Shown: positions 1-12,334 of the stretch, piece by piece
Numbering within the stretch: position 1 is the stretch's first letter
Layout: every line of letters starts with the position of its first letter
NCBI RefSeq assembly: GCF_009834535.1
Contig: NC_045696.1
Coordinates: 46,502,001-46,566,000, forward strand
DNA length: 64,000 bases
DNA from: Camelus ferus
Lineage: Eukaryota
Direction: 5' to 3'
The notes under the pieces: generated by a model
Seen by the model: only the letters and a program-made list of their open reading frames with translations
Database searches by the model: none
Told to the model about the DNA's origin: nothing
Program-made: the position numbers and the translations under genes

Positions 1-1404
1 TGTTTTCAGACTAGTACTGACAGCTGTTTGGAAGCGACTTAGATTTCATTGTATTTATTATATTGCCTTGTCAATTTGCCTGTTTTTCTTCTCTCTCCTC
101 CCCTCCTGAGCCTTCTGGGTTCTTGTATTTTCTTCTTTGCATGTTTTCTTTTCAAGCCTTATATCTCTTCTGCCTTCTAGCAAAACAACACAAAGAAAAG
201 GCATAATAAGAAAGCAGACAAGTATTGTTTCTATGTTCACTTCCTCACGTATTCCCTGTCTAGCACAGGGAAGTTTGCTCTGCAGATCCAGAAAAAAACA
301 TCTGGCATGTTCTTTACCCTCAAGGGTCTCTGTGGGAGGAATACACACAGAATCATCATACATATATTATACAGAAAAATGATTGTTACACAATCAAGTG
401 TCCAAAAACATGGCATATCCATTAAATGTGGATGCTCAAAAAAGGTGCCCAGGAAGGAAACAGACAGGAGCTGGGGAAAATAAAGACAGCGTCTCAGAAA
501 TGGGGGTTCAGAGGGGCTTGCCTAGAAGGTGAGAATGGTATGTGGGGTACAAACTAAAAGAGGGAAATGTGTGATGCTACACTTGTTGAAGAATAAGAAT
601 GTGGTGACTTTATGATGAAGAATGTAAATGCCACCATGAAATTATGGGCAAACAGAGAGTTGGGCTTTTGTGGGCAAGGGCTGTATGATGGGGAACATGC
701 TGTAGCCTGTTACTGAATTCTCTGTGTAGTTTTTCTTCCCTAAGCCACTTCCTTTGGTGCCTTATCTCTTTCAGGGTAGCTGTTGTCTCTATCTTTAGCC
801 TAGAGCTGTGTGCACTTTGAGGACCATGTTAAGCTAAACATCATGGGGTATGTGTTAGAGATCTTCGAATACACATTCCTTCATAGGTAAGGGCACAGGG
901 ACCAGAACTGCCAGTATAGCTAAGCCCTTTGAATAGTGGGTGTCGTATTAGTATTCATGAGAGCATGTAGATAACATCTTGTCAGAGTTAAAGTTTCAGC
1001 TTGAAGAGCTACTGCTTTTCAATAAGGAGTGCATTTAAAGACACTCTTTGTGTGAATAGAGTGACTGAATTGCTTCTAAAATGAGAGTATTACTTTATTG
1101 AATGAGATATTTTTCATTTAATCTGTCTACAGTTTAGAATTGTCATTAGAATTACAATAAATAGTAATGATTAGCACTCATAGGGCTTTTATCTTCAAAG
1201 AGTTTTAAAGTCAATCTAATCTGTCTCAGCGTCATCCGAGATGTACACTTGCTCTTCTGCCATGAACCCTTGCAAGTGTTCACTTTCCAGCCCCTCAGTG
1301 CTCCTTTAGGTAGTTCCATGGCTCATAAGCTATTTGTTCTATGGGAACTGCCCAGAGAGTTGACAGATGGAAGGCTTTATGTTAGAACAGCTTGTCCTAG
1401 GTGA

Positions 1405-1620
1405 GCATTTGGGCTGTTAAGTTGGGCTTCCTGGTTATAGTGCCAGCTTCTCCGCTGCTGACTGTGTGGCCCTGGGCAAATGACTTAACCCTCAGCTTCT
1501 TCAGCTGAGATGCATCGTAGTACCTGCTTCAGAGAGTTCTTGTAAGGATTAAATGAGATAATGAATACTAAGTATGGGACAAATAGTATTAATAAATATT
1601 AGGTGTGTATTAGTGTTGTT
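1405..1620 (+). mobile_element. MIR SINE (approximate bounds)
   Basis: ctgtgtggccctgggcaaatgacttaacc...gtacctgcttcagagagttcttgtaaggattaaatgagataat resembles the MIR core. Confidence 0.75.
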
Positions 1621-3181
1621 TTAAAACTATGCATAGGAACATGTCATTCTGGGAAGTTGTTATATGTGATTAAGTGTAATGTAAGGAAATTTTAAGCCAT
1701 AAGTTACTTTTTCAGGGACTGCTATGTACCAGGCTCCATTTGAGGCCCGGGTGGAAAAAATGTATGAAACCATGACACCTTCTTCCTAGAAGTTCACAAC
1801 CTGTTTTGGGGGTGGGGAGGGCACAGTTAACACAGACCGAAGCAGCATGAAAAGTGCTTGACCAACAATGTCAAGTACGATCAAAGCTCTTAAAAGAAGC
1901 TTTAGAAGGGAAATGGTATGTGACCTGGGCCTTGGAGGGATGATATCCATTTTGACAGAAAATGGGAGAATTTTAGGATGCACAGGTCTTCAAAGTTGGG
2001 GTGTTTGCCAGCATCTTTGTCAGCAGGACCCCCTGAAAGAATGGAAGCAAGGTGTGTCTTGAAAGCAGCAACATTCTCTTGGAAGATTTTTAGCAGGTCG
2101 GTCTAATTTGTGTGAAAGCTCTAGGGCTAAAGTGGTAACTTTATCACCATTTCTTTGGGCTGGTTTCTCCTTTTCTCTATAGTCCCTAAGAAGCTCTGAA
2201 GCTTTGCAGTCTTAGTTGGACCCAGGAGAGGCCTTACTTGGGGCTAGAATGTATGGTTGTCTAACAGTGAGATTTTGTGGGCCTCCCTTACCTTCCCCTG
2301 TCTCATTTGGTCTGAATTTCCATTAATATGATTTGAATGGGGTTTTATTGGACATTTAGGAAACAGTTTAAACTCTAAAATACCCCTGTGACACATTTAA
2401 ATTTACACAGTGTTTTAAAAGCTGAAGGGTACTGATTGCCTAAGTTGTGAGACAAGAGGGTAGAAAGCATAGAGGATCTTACAAAATTTATGACTGTACC
2501 AAGGCACTGACTGTATATCACTGAGATGATAAAAGGAAACTTACCATCTTTCTTTTTCAGTTTCTGAGGCTGGAGGTTGTATCATCTGGGAAGCATGTGG
2601 ACCACTGTTAAATGGGAGTCCTCTGTGCTCTCTCTGGAACAGCATCTTAAGCTGAGTTAAGCGAGCACCTGCTGCCTGTTAAACCCATACTCCCTCTAAA
2701 AAGCTTGTGGGTGAAGGGAGGATTTACTAACATGGAGTGAGACCCTTCTAGGTGCCAGGCTCCGTGTTGGGTGTTATAGAAAAAGTGTTCTCACAGTAGA
2801 ACTATTATTCAGATTTAACATAAAGAAAGATCAGCAATATGAGTAACTTTACAGCAAGTAATTGGTAGAGGCAGGATTCTCAGTGAGGTCTGTTAGGCTT
2901 CAGTGTCCATTTTTTCCCTTTGTTAAATGTGTTATTTGCTTTGTACTGTTTCTTTTATGATATTTCTTCTTTAAATTTCTTGTGCAGTTTGACCTCAGTA
3001 AAGGTCTTGATGAATGGGCTTGCTGCATTTGAAGAATATACTCAAGTGAAGTTTTTCCTAATTTATCACCAGGTTGATTTACAGTTAGTTCAGTATTACG
3101 AGTTTCTAATTGAGTAACTCATCCTAGCAAAGAAAAGGGAATACAGGGGTTGGTTTGTTTTTATAAGATAAATATTCAGTA

Positions 3182-3363
3182 CAGTTGACCCTTGAATGCA
3201 GGGGTTATGTAACTTTACAGTAATCCATCTGTAGCCACGGTTTCCCCATCTGTGGAGTCAACCAGCTGTGGATCACTTAGTACTGTAGTATGTTTTTATT
3301 GAAAAAGCTTCATGTATAGTTAGACACTTGCAGTTCAAACCTGTGTTGTTCAGCGGTCAACTG
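3182..3363. mobile_element. Tigger2/MER8-family MITE (TcMar-Tigger)
   Basis: TIRs CAGTTGACCCTTGAA ... TTCAGCGGTCAACTG flanked by TA duplications (3180-3181, 3364-3365). Confidence 0.85.
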
Positions 3364-5539
3364 TATTTTGGATAGGGACCGTCAGACTCCATCACTAACA
3401 GTCTCAGGAACAATAATTTGATGATACTGAGTCTTGAGTCCTTCAAGTACAGAGTCCACTGACATTAAATGACCTGATTTCAGTTATTCTAGAGTTGCAG
3501 TGCAGAAAAAAAAAAGGACTCTTTTTGAAAAAAATCCCACCGGTTGCTCCGTTCATTACATATAGATTGCTAGCTTGATTTGCTTTTATTCCAGAACAAG
3601 AAGCCAAATTTTATAATGCATGGGGGTTTTACTGGCAAAATACTTAGAAAGGTAGGCCTCTGCTACTATAAAAAATTAACAATTTTTCCTCCTCCTCATT
3701 GCTGAAATAAAATTTTGCCTTCTTTGCCCTTGTCTTTCCCGAAAGATTTTTTTTTTTATCTTTTCTTTCATTCTTGTCTCTTGCCTTCTTATTAAATCTG
3801 AGTGATAATCTGGAGCATCATTTCCCCCAACTTTTGCCTTCCTTTCAAGAGTTTGAAAGTAGATCCCTGGAGAATTAAAGTAATCAGATAACTGTAAGTT
3901 ATTAAAGTATCCAGTTTACAGTTTGAGGTATTTCATGGTCATTACATTAGTTTCACTTTTCTTGACTATTTTTGTCCCAGGGGTACTGTCTCCAGTTCAC
4001 TTACTCATTTATTCATCTTTCATTTATGCTGAAAATGCTTATTTTTCTCCTACTTTGTTCTAGACCCTAGGGGTTGTCAATCTTATTTTTCCACAGCCCA
4101 AGTAGCTGGTTGTTCTCACACATCACATGCCACCTTGGCCTGCATGTCAGCGTTATACATGATTTTCAGACCCCCACTCTGCCCCCAGAAGGAATATCTG
4201 AATTCAGGGGAATGAGAGAGATAGGGATTAATTTTGAAGCCATTCTAGCATATAAATATAGTGAATTATCACCATAATTTAGTATGGAGGTTCATATGGT
4301 TGCTTGTAACAACCTTCACAACTAACTGATCTTGATGTTCTGAGAAGCCAGATGCTTCTGAGCATATAAAGGTAACTTGTCTTGGATCATCAAGAGAAAG
4401 GCCTAATGATGGAGGTAGGATGTACCGAGTAATTATCATTCAACAGAAAATGTGGTGTCTTTAGATATAGCAAATCTTTCTGTTGTATTTCTGGGGAAGA
4501 AGAGATTAATTTGGGGAGTATCAGAGAAGATATACAGTATCGTAGTGGCATGGCAGTTATGTAGAAAGAATTCGAGCAGTGGGGGAGGGGGAGGGGAATG
4601 TGATTATTTTGAACCTAAAAGCCACATATACTATTCACTTATTTGATTCTTCGTATTCTGTTTTCTGTTTGAATATTGAAATTATACATAAATATATACA
4701 AGGGCACATACACTTAAACACATTCACACATAATTAAATAGCATAATCAAAATCTTGGAGGCTGAATGATATATTTTTCTCTACGCACACTGGCAATCAC
4801 TTTGACCTCTCCAGTTGATAACAGCTTGCCTGACTTATAGTTTCCTATTGATTTCTTTTACTATTTAAAAAATGTATTATATCATAAAACATCTAGTATT
4901 AAACCCAGTGTGGATTTAATTACCACTCAGGCATCACATCCTGAAGTGATTAATAAGCCGCAGAAGTAAGAACTATTTCCTCTTCTCTCTCTATAGCATT
5001 GGCATTTTTGGAAATTGGGTTGCTGTGCCAAGTTTTATTTGTGGATAGACTGGGAATTGTTAAATGGTCTATCAATTCTAAGAAATCTTCGTTCCTTTAT
5101 TAGGAGCACAGCAGATAACTAATTCCATTTAGAGTTTTCAGTAACTTCTACTCTTGAGACAACCACATGAATCATGTAACTGCTTCAGATATTCAGCAGA
5201 AGTTTCTTGTTAAGAAAACCACAGAAACATTTTTCTCCTCCTCATTCTGTTTTTGACTAGACACAGCTTTTAATAAATTAATAAGGATTTTTATCCAAAT
5301 GAAGATTTAAAAATTATTAAAGTGAAGATTTTGTTGCAGTACAAGAAATAATCTGAATATCTATCAATCATAGGATGATTGAGAAAATTGTGATACGTTT
5401 TTACTTTGGAATGTTATATTATTACAAAGTAAGGATGCTCAAGTTGTATTACCTTAGAAGAGCATGATCTGTTCAACTTAAGAGTATTAAATGGTGGTTT
5501 ACTGATACATTTGTTTATAGAAAAAGAGAATGATATTGT

Positions 5540-5930
5540 CCTTAGGATATTAAAATTGGTCAAAGGATAGGAAAATAGTTAGGAAAGGATGGTTATTAAC
5601 AGCAGAGAATCCAGAAATAGACAAGTGGTAATGTCGTATAAGATAAAAGTAGCATTTCTAAGGAATAGGGAAAAGCTGGATGATTCAATAAATGGTTTGG
5701 GACAGATGGATAGCTATTTGGAAAGAAAAGAATAAACTAGACCCTTACCTCACTCTTGTCAGAATGAATTCCAGGTTGATCAAATGTTTACATGTTTTTA
5801 AAAATAATGAAGTTGTTAAGTTCTAGAAGGAAGCATTACTGAATATTTCTCAATTTTGAAGTGAAGAAGACCTAAGTATGACCTTAAACTCAGAAACAAT
5901 TAAGGAAGGAAGATAAAAAATTGCCTATGC
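5540..5930 (+). mobile_element. Old L1 ORF2 fragment (approximate bounds)
   Basis: agagaatccagaaatagac...ttcaataaatggtttgggaca...gctatttggaaa...ctagacccttacctcac...aattccag resembles the 3' part of L1M ORF2. Confidence 0.7.
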
Positions 5931-6748
5931 CATATTGTTTTGAAGTCTTGAGAACTAGATGGCTCTTAAAACTATATTCTCATGGACCCTGTTTCAGCAA
6001 CATGGCATTAAAAGTTTATTGATTTCACTTTGCAAGCATCTGGACCTGTGCAAAAACTTGAAAACTTTTGGTTTGGTTTGGACCAACCCAAAATAATCAT
6101 CAGCCTGTGATTTTGGCAGTTGCGTTTATGTTAGTAATTGTCAGCATGAAGCATTTAAATTGATGGCATTTAACTGTATTATTTATAATTTTCACTTGAG
6201 TATGTATAAACAGTAATTTGTTTATTAATGTTACTTCAAATGAATGAATGAGAAATATTAAATAATTGTGAGAAAGCATGTAAGAAACTGATGTGTATAG
6301 TTTACCTTTGGGCTGTGGGGCTGGGCATGATAGAGAAGGTAAACCTCATTTTTTGCTGTTTTCACTGTATAATATGAGTACATAGTTGTTTCTTTCATTG
6401 ACAAAAACATTTTTTTTTAAGTCATTGAAAAGTAATTTAGAATTTTGGGCTTCTGAAAGATTTTGTCAGATTCATAGCCTGACTCTAGCCCAGCTATTTC
6501 AGCCCGTCATCTTATAGAGGAAGGGGGTTTAGAGAACAAAGCTTGGTTACTGGATTGGCTGCATATGTAACAGGGGGATGCAGAGAGAGAGATTTGTGAT
6601 TAGTTGTGTCACAGGCAGGTACAGAGGGTGCTCATCCCACTAAGTGACGTGATGCATGGGTGGGGTCCTTGGAGGCTGCACACAGCTAGTTTTTGAAAAA
6701 TGTGTGTCATCTTATGACATAGTTTTAAGTCTAAAACATTCTATTCTG

Positions 6749-6918
6749 AGGGGAGAGTATAAAACTCAAGTGGTATAATGTATGCTTAGCATGAATGAGG
6801 TCCTGGGTCCAGTCCTTAGTACCTCTTCGAAAAATAAATAAACCTAATTACCTCTCCCCCTTCCCCCTAACAAAATAAAAATAATACAATAATAGATAAA
6901 ATGTTTTAAAAAATAAAA
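6749..6918 (+). mobile_element. tRNA-derived camelid-type SINE (Vic-1-like), more diverged copy
   Basis: Head ggggagagtataaaactcaagtggta...cttagcatgaatgaggtcctgggtccagtcc, body aataaacctaattacctctcccc, A-rich tail. Imperfect TSD taaaacattctattct (6732-6747) / taaaacatttgattct (6919-6934). Confidence 0.85.
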
Positions 6919-7449
6919 TAAAACATTTGATTCTTACGAAGTGTTCATTTTACTTAATAATACTCCAAGCTTAGATTTATCATAGTATAGAATGTGAAAT
7001 TCATGTAAAGCATGATAAAATAGGAGCCAACGGAGAATATGGAGGCCCACCTCAGTGAGCACCTCTGCTCCCCTGGCAGGTGTCTTTCACATTCCTCTGG
7101 TGAAAAATGTTGAGAAACACTATTCTGAGTAAATATGAACAGGTGGCAGTAACTTGTAATCATCCTAACACTTTATTTGGAGTTTGAGTCCTGAAGTTAT
7201 GAAGTGGAAGGAAGTAGATTTCATAAAAGGCCAATTTTATTAGCTCACTTTAGCACATGAAAATGAATGTTTGATTATGTACTTAGAATTCTTACTGAAT
7301 CCAGTAAATGCCTGAGTTGGTAGATATTTTAATCTTTAAAATTATAATCCAGTTAAAGCAAAGGAAGGTAAATAAACTAATTTTAATCAAATTTACTTTG
7401 ATTTCTCTCTGTTTCTCTTCCTTTTTTCCCTTTACCATAGGTCACAGTA

Positions 7450-7611
7450 ATGAAAGGCAGTAATAGAAATAAGGATCATTCAGCTGAAGGAGAAGGGACT
7501 GGAAAACGACCAAAACGGAAGTGTCTTCAGTGGCATCCATTGCTAGCAAAGAAACTTCTTGACTTTTCAGAAGAGGAAGACGAGGAAGACGAAGAGGAAG
7601 ATATTGATAAG
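7450..7611 (+). CDS. BBX: BBX first coding exon (exon 7441-7611, 9 nt 5' UTR): MKGSNRNKDHSAEGEGTGKRPKRKCLQWHPLLAKKLLDFSEEEDEEDEEEDIDK, with a basic NLS-like KRPKRK and an acidic tract
   Basis: Long polypyrimidine tract ending tttaccatag|GTCACAGTA ATG; donor AAG|gtaatt at 7612; 54 codons, phase 0. Confidence 0.97.
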
Positions 7612-8099
7612 GTAATTCCTCCATTTATTGTCGAAGTTTTAAGTTTATTTGAGCATCCGTTCTACAAACTTCAGTGAACATGTATGGTGTGAAGGATGCG
7701 TTTCCAGGAGTCTGTATAACTTGAATCCTGTTTAACTACTTAATCTACATTTTCATTACAAATGTTGATGACTCTTAGAGTGTCCATACTTCCTAATAGT
7801 TTAGACTGAAACAGATCCTTCTTAAATCATATTATTGTCAATTAGCTAATGATTTGCAAGTAATACTCAAATGCAGTGAGACGAGGGAGTTCGTAAACTT
7901 TGATGTGCTCACCTGGCACCCACCTGTTGTTCCTCTGGCCTCTCTTCCCTCCCAGCCGGGTCTTGCCACCACAGGCAGTTTCAGAGCTGTTTAGGTCCTC
8001 ACCTCTGAGGCCTTCAGGGCATCTGGCTGCTGTCACCTCTCCAAGCCTCTGTGGTCAGTCCTCCAAGTCCCTTCTCTGGTCTCACGCTTGAGCATTCGG

Positions 8100-10100
8100 C
8101 TCTTGTTTAAAAAGTCTCACAACCATGCAGGTGACTTTAGAAAGACATGTATTCCTCCAGGTTTTGGTATAACTGGATCCTCCTCTTTGTCACTCAGGTC
8201 TCAGCTCAATGACTACCTCCCCGAGAGGTGGGCCCTCATCCTCTCAGGTCCCTCCCACCCAGCTCATTGCACGTCAGAGGCCTTCCTTCCTCACACTTCT
8301 TCCTGTTGCCTTCTGTTTAGCTGTGTACTTGTTTGTGCCTTTCTTCTTGGGCTAGAGTACAAACTCAGTGAGAGCAGGGGTCTTGCCCCACCTGTTCTCT
8401 TTCCTTAAAACCTAGAATGTTGGCTGGACCAAAGTAGGTTTTGAATAGATACACATTCAGTGGAAGAACACATGAGGGCATATTTTGTGTTACTACAAAT
8501 TTTATGAACATGTCTTTGACATAGTTCAGGCCTTTGACATCCATACAGTCTTTTATTCTTGGCTTCGGTCAGCTCCCTCTTCCACTTGTCTCAGCAGGAA
8601 TTGTAAACGTTTTTCCTGTTTCTCAGATATCCTCTATGCATACGAGTTATGGTCTCTTCACCATTGACCTTTTTTCCTCCTTCACAGAGAAAATAGGGGC
8701 CACAAGAAATGACTCCTTCAGCTTTCTCTACTCACCTTACTTGTCCCTCACTCCTTATCTGTCTTTCCCTTTTCCTTCCCTTTTTCAGAGAAATAAGTTA
8801 TTTTTCCTATTCGAGGAAATTGCCAAGTTTATGCTTAATTTGATCTTTCTGACACATTTGCACTTGCTGATCACTTGGTCCTTGAAGCTGTCTCCTGTTT
8901 CCGTGTCTCCTATTTCTATGACTCGTATTTCTATTCCTGCCTTCCCAACTATACCTTTCTAGTTTCTTTCAGTTGATGCCCCTCCATTATTCTGCCCTCA
9001 AATGTTGATATTCTCTGGGCCTCTTATTTTAATTTCTGTCTCCACCCTCGACCTTTCTTCTAAACTCTGGACTTGTATTTCTGACTATTTACTTGACGTA
9101 TCCACTTAGATATCAAATCAGTATCTCAGTTTGAATGTGTTCAAAATGAAACTTTCACTTTTCTCCTCCAAACACAATCCTCTACTTCTTTCCTTTCTTG
9201 GTAAATAGCAACTCAAACTTTCAAGGGTCAGACCTGAAACCTTGTCTGTTTTCTTTTGCTCAAGTCTCGCATCTGTCAGCAAATTCTCAGCTATACCTTA
9301 AAAATAAGTTCTCCATTTGGCCCCTTCTTAGCAACGCCACTACTGCTACCTTGTTCAAGCCACCACCAGTGCTAGTGCGGGTGATTGTTTTCTGCCTCTC
9401 CCTGCCTCTGCTCTTGCCCTTCTCAGTGTGTTTTCAACAGAGCAGCCAGAGAGATCCTTCCAAAATGGAAGGCTGGTTATAGGGGATTTGTATGCTCACT
9501 GCTCTGTCTGCATCACCTGGAACAGTGCCTGGTGCATGTCAGGTGCCAGTAAACAGTTACTGAGTGAAAGGATGGAGTCATTGAATCTTCTTCTCTTTTT
9601 AGTCCACATTCAGAGCTCTCATCCATGCCCCTGGTCTTTCTTCTTTCTATTGGTACATCAGTTTGTCATTCCAGCTGAGACTTCTCTGCTGAGAGCCACT
9701 TCACATTCAGCCTACTCAGCTCTGATGTTTCTGCTCCCCACCAGATCTAATTTCTCTCATTTGAGAAAAAGTATTCTCTGTTGTATATGAAGGAATCTTG
9801 CCACCAAAGCTGGAAACACTCTTCCTTTTTCAACCTTTAAATCCACTTAGACCCCAGTCACTCTTAGTTCTACTTCATTAGTGAGTATCGTCTCTGTTCT
9901 CAGTTCTCCATTCTCATTACTACTGCCTTGATTCAGCTCTGTCCCCATTCTTGCTGGACAGCTGGAATGAACTTTTAACTGGTTTCTCTAGTTTTCGCTG
10001 CTTCTGATTTTGTTACTTAATTCATGCTCTACATTGCTGATAGGAGTTACCTTAAAATACAAATCTAACAGTATCCTTCTCCTGCTTAAAACTACTCATG
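8100..10100 (+). mobile_element. Cluster of L2 fragments (approximate bounds)
   Basis: Pyrimidine-rich L2-like tracts (ctttcttctaaactctggacttgtatttctgact..., ccactactgctaccttgttcaagccacca) and L2 3' ends (cctggaacagtgcctggtgcatg...tgagtgaaaggatg). Confidence 0.65.
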
Positions 10101-10800
10101 ACTTTGCATTGCATCCAGCTGTGGTTTCTATATCCTGGTCTGATGCTGGTGTTGATTTGTTGCATCTTGTCTAGGGAGACTTCCCTGTGCTCCTACCCAA
10201 CCACTTCTGCTTCATTATCACACTGGTTCCTTGTTAAAATCATCCTGCTTTTTAATTTATTTGCTTATATATCTTTTTCCTCTCCCAAAACATTGAGCTC
10301 CTTGGGCCAGGATCTTGTCTTATTTATCTATTTTTCCAGCTCTTGGCATGAGTTTTATAATTTAGTAACTGAATCAAAAGTTATTCTTTTCTGAAGGGAA
10401 AATATAATTACATCCTCAACCTACATAATACATTGTTTACGCCTGATTTTTCAATAGCTTCTTAGTCAGTTTCAGGATGCTAAATAAATATTCCTTGAAA
10501 ATGCAAATCATTGTTAATGATTATACACATAATGAGGAAGATAAATCTGTAGCCTTCACCCTTAATAATAATCCCTAATGTATTTCCAAATCAGGTAGCT
10601 ATGACTTCAAAATTGTTCTGTACTATTTGTGTTTGAAGATGATAATTGATGGTTAATTAAATGCATTGGCAATACTTAATATAAATTTAAAAGACTTTTA
10701 AAAAATACCTAACTGGATTAAACTTGTGATTTGTCCTAGAATATGCGTCTGTAACAGTTGCCCAATAAACATGATATAAGAGAACCTGGTTCCCTTATAG

Positions 10801-10980
10801 TAGTGGTTCTTAAAGTGTGATCCTTAGACCAGCAGCATAACCTGGCAGCTTGCTAGATATACAAATTCTTAAGACCCCCTCCAGACCTACAGAATCAGAA
10901 ACTAGAATGGGACATAACCATCTGTGTTTTAACGAGACCTCCAGGGATTCCGATGCCCACTCACATTTAAGAAGTACTAC
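10801..10980. mobile_element. MER5A (hAT-Charlie) MITE
   Basis: tagtggttcttaaagtgtgatcc...accagcagcat...agacctacagaatcagaaact...tctgtgttttaac...ttaagaagtacta matches MER5A layout; ~180 bp. Confidence 0.8.
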
Positions 10981-12091
10981 CCTACTGTATAATGCAGACT
11001 AATAACTACCTTGATCCCTTCTTAATTTTAACTATGAAACAGCAACCGAAGAAGTGGTTTTAGTAAGCATTCTGGACTTCAGTTCTTGGTTGCACCATTT
11101 CTAAGAAATATCATAGAATCATATTTTAGCCTTAGAAGTTACTTAACAATCCCACTATATTCTGAGATTCTGTGATCAGAGGTGTACTTTAAGAATTGTA
11201 ATCTGCAGCCATGTGCAGAAAGTACTGTAAGAGATTAAAGGCAGTAAGACGAGGCCACAGGCCAGAGTGGTAGTAGGGCAGTGGCAATGAGAATTACACA
11301 GATGGACAGGATCAGAGCTTTTCCGTAGTCCTTGAAGACCTTGAATTGAATGAAATGCTTAGGAAATGGGAGGATTCAAAACCGATTTTGAAAGTGTAAG
11401 CCCTGTCACCATAGCATTTCAGTGGACAAGAAAGCATGATACTTACAGGCTTGAAATGTTATTATGTAGTTCTTCCTTCAAATAATGTTAAATGTCTATT
11501 TTGATTTTTATGGTAGGTGGTTCCACTTGTGATGTGCACAAAAACTCTTAAGTAGTCTGTATTAGATTTTTATTATATGCTTTCATGTTAAACATTTTTA
11601 TGTTATTGGCTATGGAAAAGCACTTTCCAAAAAGGAGAAAGACAGAACTAATTCATGTATTTTATGTGTCAATCTTGAGACCCATATACCAGAGAATGGG
11701 CTTAACTGTTTATTCAGCTGTCAATTAAGTACTACTTTTATACCAGACATTGAGCTAGGCACTGTGTATAAAGTAAATAAGAGAGCTTTTGTCCTCAAAG
11801 AGCTCACTGTTTAGTGAGAGAAAAAAAGTAAGCAGTTCTAACAGTAGTGTAGTATATGCTGTAATAGGGACATGCACAGGTTGCTATAGAAAGTAAGCAA
11901 AGGAATACATCACAGGTTGGTTACCAACTACAAACAGTGGTTGATGACTTTTAAAAAACCATCTTTTTTTGGATTTTTAAGTTGTTTCTATGAAGCTAAG
12001 GAAAAATACAATTTGAAAACCAAGACTAATTTTTGAAGCAAAGTTATCCAGCATGTGTTAAAACATCTAGCTTTTGTTATGTTGGTCATAG

Positions 12092-12334
12092 GTTCACCTT
12101 CTTGGGGCCGATGGCCTAGAGCAAGATGTTGGTGAGACTGAAGACGATGAATCACCAGAACAGCGAGCCCGGAGACCAATGAATGCATTTCTCTTATTTT
12201 GCAAACGTCATCGCTCCCTTGTACGTCAGGAACACCCCAGGCTTGATAACCGAGGTGCTACCAAGATACTAGCTGACTGGTGGGCTGTTCTCGATCCAAA
12301 GGAGAAGCAGAAATACACAGACATGGCCAAGGAG
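12092..12334 (+). CDS. BBX: BBX coding exon 2, most of the HMG box ([81 protein letters not shown])
   Basis: Acceptor ggtcatag|GTT, donor GAG|gtaggt; 243 nt, phase 0-0; RRPMNAF signature of SOX/TCF/CIC/HBP1-type HMG boxes. Confidence 0.98.

Noticed and set aside
8088..10394. Run of 90-140 aa plus-strand ORFs
   Set aside because: These are F/L/S-rich translations of pyrimidine-rich L2 remnants with no splice or homology support.
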